NCBI GenBank assembly: GCA_038231275.1
Contig: JBBRLQ010000001.1
Location: 416,001 to 480,000, forward strand
Length of the DNA: 64,000 nucleotides
Reading direction: 5' to 3'
From: Polyangiales bacterium
Lineage (GTDB): Bacteria; Myxococcota_A; Polyangia; Polyangiales; Polyangiaceae
Position numbers and translations under genes: made by a program. Shown piece by piece: positions 62,448 through 64,000 of this stretch. The notes below the pieces were generated by a model. The model saw only the letters and a list, made by a program, of their open reading frames with translations. It did not search any database and was not told the origin of the DNA. Position 1 is the first letter of the stretch. Every line of letters begins with the position of its first letter.

Positions 62448-63275
62448 ATGAGGAACCGAGGACTCGTCGTTGCCGCGCATGCGGCCGTGTTGCTGTTGGG
62501 CCTGAGCGCGCGTGCGTACGCGCAGGACGCGCAAGCGACCGGCTCCGTGTCGACGTCGACGCCGCCGGTGGTCACGTCGACCGGCACCGCGCCCGCCGGC
62601 GCCGCGGTCGTCAAGATCGACGACAACACCCCCGATCACGAGCGCTTCATCGGGCGCTTCGCCGTCGGCTACTTCGGCGTGTCGCAGCTGCCGATCGCGA
62701 ACGTCACCAACGGCGCGAACGGCCTCGGCATCGCGCAGGGCAACGTCTCGGCGCCAGTCATCGGCGTTCGCTACTGGCTGAGTCGCATGATCGGCATCGA
62801 CGGCGGCCTCGGCCTCGGCGTCGCCGGCGGCTCTAGCGAGACCGTGAACGGCGGCACCACGACGACCACCGACAAACCGAGCGCGTTCGGAATGGTGCTC
62901 CACGGCGGCGTGCCCATCGCCCTCACGCACGGCAAGCACTACTCGTTCCTCGCGATCCCGGAGTTCAACATCGGCTTCACGAACGGGACGATCAAGGCGA
63001 CCAACGCCCCGGACATCGATCTCTCGGGCTTCCGGTTCGACCTCGGCGCTCGCGTCGGGGCCGAGATCCACTTCGGCTTCATCGGTCTCCCGGAGCTCTC
63101 GCTCGAAGGCAGCGTCGGCCTCGCCTTCCACCGCGTCGCCTACAAGGCGAAGACCACGCCGGCCAACGGTGCGACGGTCAGCGCGTCGGACGGGACGACG
63201 ACGTTCAGCACGAACGTCCAGAGCGACCCCTGGGCGCTCTTCGTCAACAACATCGCCGCGTTCTACTACTTCTGA
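62448..63275 (+). CDS. Outer-membrane beta-barrel protein
   Basis: GGAGG RBS; signal peptide AYA; amphipathic strands; terminal FYYF. Confidence 0.8.
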   Translation: MRNRGLVVAAHAAVLLLGLSARAYAQDAQATGSVSTSTPPVVTSTGTAPAGAAVVKIDDNTPDHERFIGRFAVGYFGVSQLPIANVTNGANGLGIAQGNVSAPVIGVRYWLSRMIGIDGGLGLGVAGGSSETVNGGTTTTTDKPSAFGMVLHGGVPIALTHGKHYSFLAIPEFNIGFTNGTIKATNAPDIDLSGFRFDLGARVGAEIHFGFIGLPELSLEGSVGLAFHRVAYKAKTTPANGATVSASDGTTTFSTNVQSDPWALFVNNIAAFYYF

Positions 63276-63312
63276 TCCACGCGCTATACTGAGAACGGTG
63301 GAGGAGAAGACC

Positions 63313-63849
63313 ATGGCGCGTTCTGCGTTCCTCGTTTGTCTGCCGGTCCTGGCGGCGTCCGTGGTCTTCGCCTCGGCGTGCGGCGGGGGGTCGTCGGGCC
63401 CGGTGCCCTCGACCACCACCGAGAGCCCCGAAAAAGCCGGCTCGGGCGGTCGAGAGCCGGCTCCCGGAGGACGCGAAGGCGCTGGCAATCCCGAATCTCC
63501 GCCCGCGTCGCAAGACCCGGCTCCGCCGTCGCAAGATCCCTCGGGCTCGGGCGGCGGTGGAACAACGGTCACCGGCGCGTGCGTGAGGTGCGACGTCGTC
63601 TACTTGTGCAACGGCACGTCGAGCGGGCAGCCCATCAAGGACCTGAAGCTCTCGCTCACGACGAAGAACGGCGCCTGCGTCCTCGGCGACCAGCAGACCA
63701 CGGTCATCATCACGTGCACCGGTAAGGTGACCGACAACGGGCAGCCCGCGGGCACCTGGCGGGGCAACGGCGATGGATTTTCGTACGCGAGCAACGGCGT
63801 GACGCTCGACTGCCAACCCGCTCCGGTCGCTCAGCCCGGCATCAAGTGA
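63313..63849 (+). CDS. Hypothetical lipoprotein
   Basis: GGAGGAG RBS; ASAC lipobox; Pro/Ser linker and Cys-containing domain. Confidence 0.75.
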   Translation: MARSAFLVCLPVLAASVVFASACGGGSSGPVPSTTTESPEKAGSGGREPAPGGREGAGNPESPPASQDPAPPSQDPSGSGGGGTTVTGACVRCDVVYLCNGTSSGQPIKDLKLSLTTKNGACVLGDQQTTVIITCTGKVTDNGQPAGTWRGNGDGFSYASNGVTLDCQPAPVAQPGIK

Positions 63850-63856
63850 TCCGCTG

Positions 63857-64000
63857 ATGCGCTTCGCCCGCGTCATGCTCGATGGCGAGCCGACGTACGC
63901 GCGCCTCGAAGGAGACCGCGCGCATCCACTGGCGCGTTCGCCGTGGATCTCGCGCGTCGAGGTCGGACCCGCGCGTCCCTTCGACGCGAAGGATCTCGTG
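63857..64000 (+). CDS. Probable fumarylacetoacetate hydrolase family protein, 5' part; truncated
   Basis: Manual translation MRFARVMLDGEPTYARLEGD resembles FAH-family N-termini; only 48 codons visible. Confidence 0.5.
   Translation, partial: MRFARVMLDGEPTYARLEGDRAHPLARSPWISRVEVGPARPFDAKDLV

Overview
High-GC (~70%) bacterial chromosome segment whose gene content points to a myxobacterium (Myxococcota, Polyangiales-like): Cys-rich lipoproteins, a MYXO-CTERM-like tail, a DUF4388 protein and sigma54 promoters. It looks like the replication-origin region. dnaN-recF-gyrB is preceded by a DnaA-box/DnaA-trio cluster (34014-34353) with no adjacent dnaA, and two parS palindromes lie about 19-20 kb away, inside or overlapping bioF/bioD. 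About 51 CDSs are supported, including pyrH, dapF, aroC, aroKB, zapA, bioFD, ccmA, a ccmF-ccmH fusion, MoxR-DUF58-transglutaminase, clpB, tlyA, a sigma54 two-component system, secreted hydrolases, an orphan sctQ/fliN and a DUF3857/transglutaminase pair. The most unusual signal is a dispersed ~72-bp hairpin repeat (TGAGTGGAGCGAAGCGCAGCGGAGCGAAAC...GGCCTGACCGG-loop-CCGGTCAGGCC-TGAG) with six clear copies, all in the sense orientation. Five start on a gene's TGA stop codon, and one is a frame-preserving 72-bp insertion inside a protein, flanked by a TGAGT direct repeat. No rRNA, tRNA, CRISPR array, transposase or prophage was recognised. All calls come from reading the sequence and ORF track by eye, no database search was run, and start codons are best estimates.
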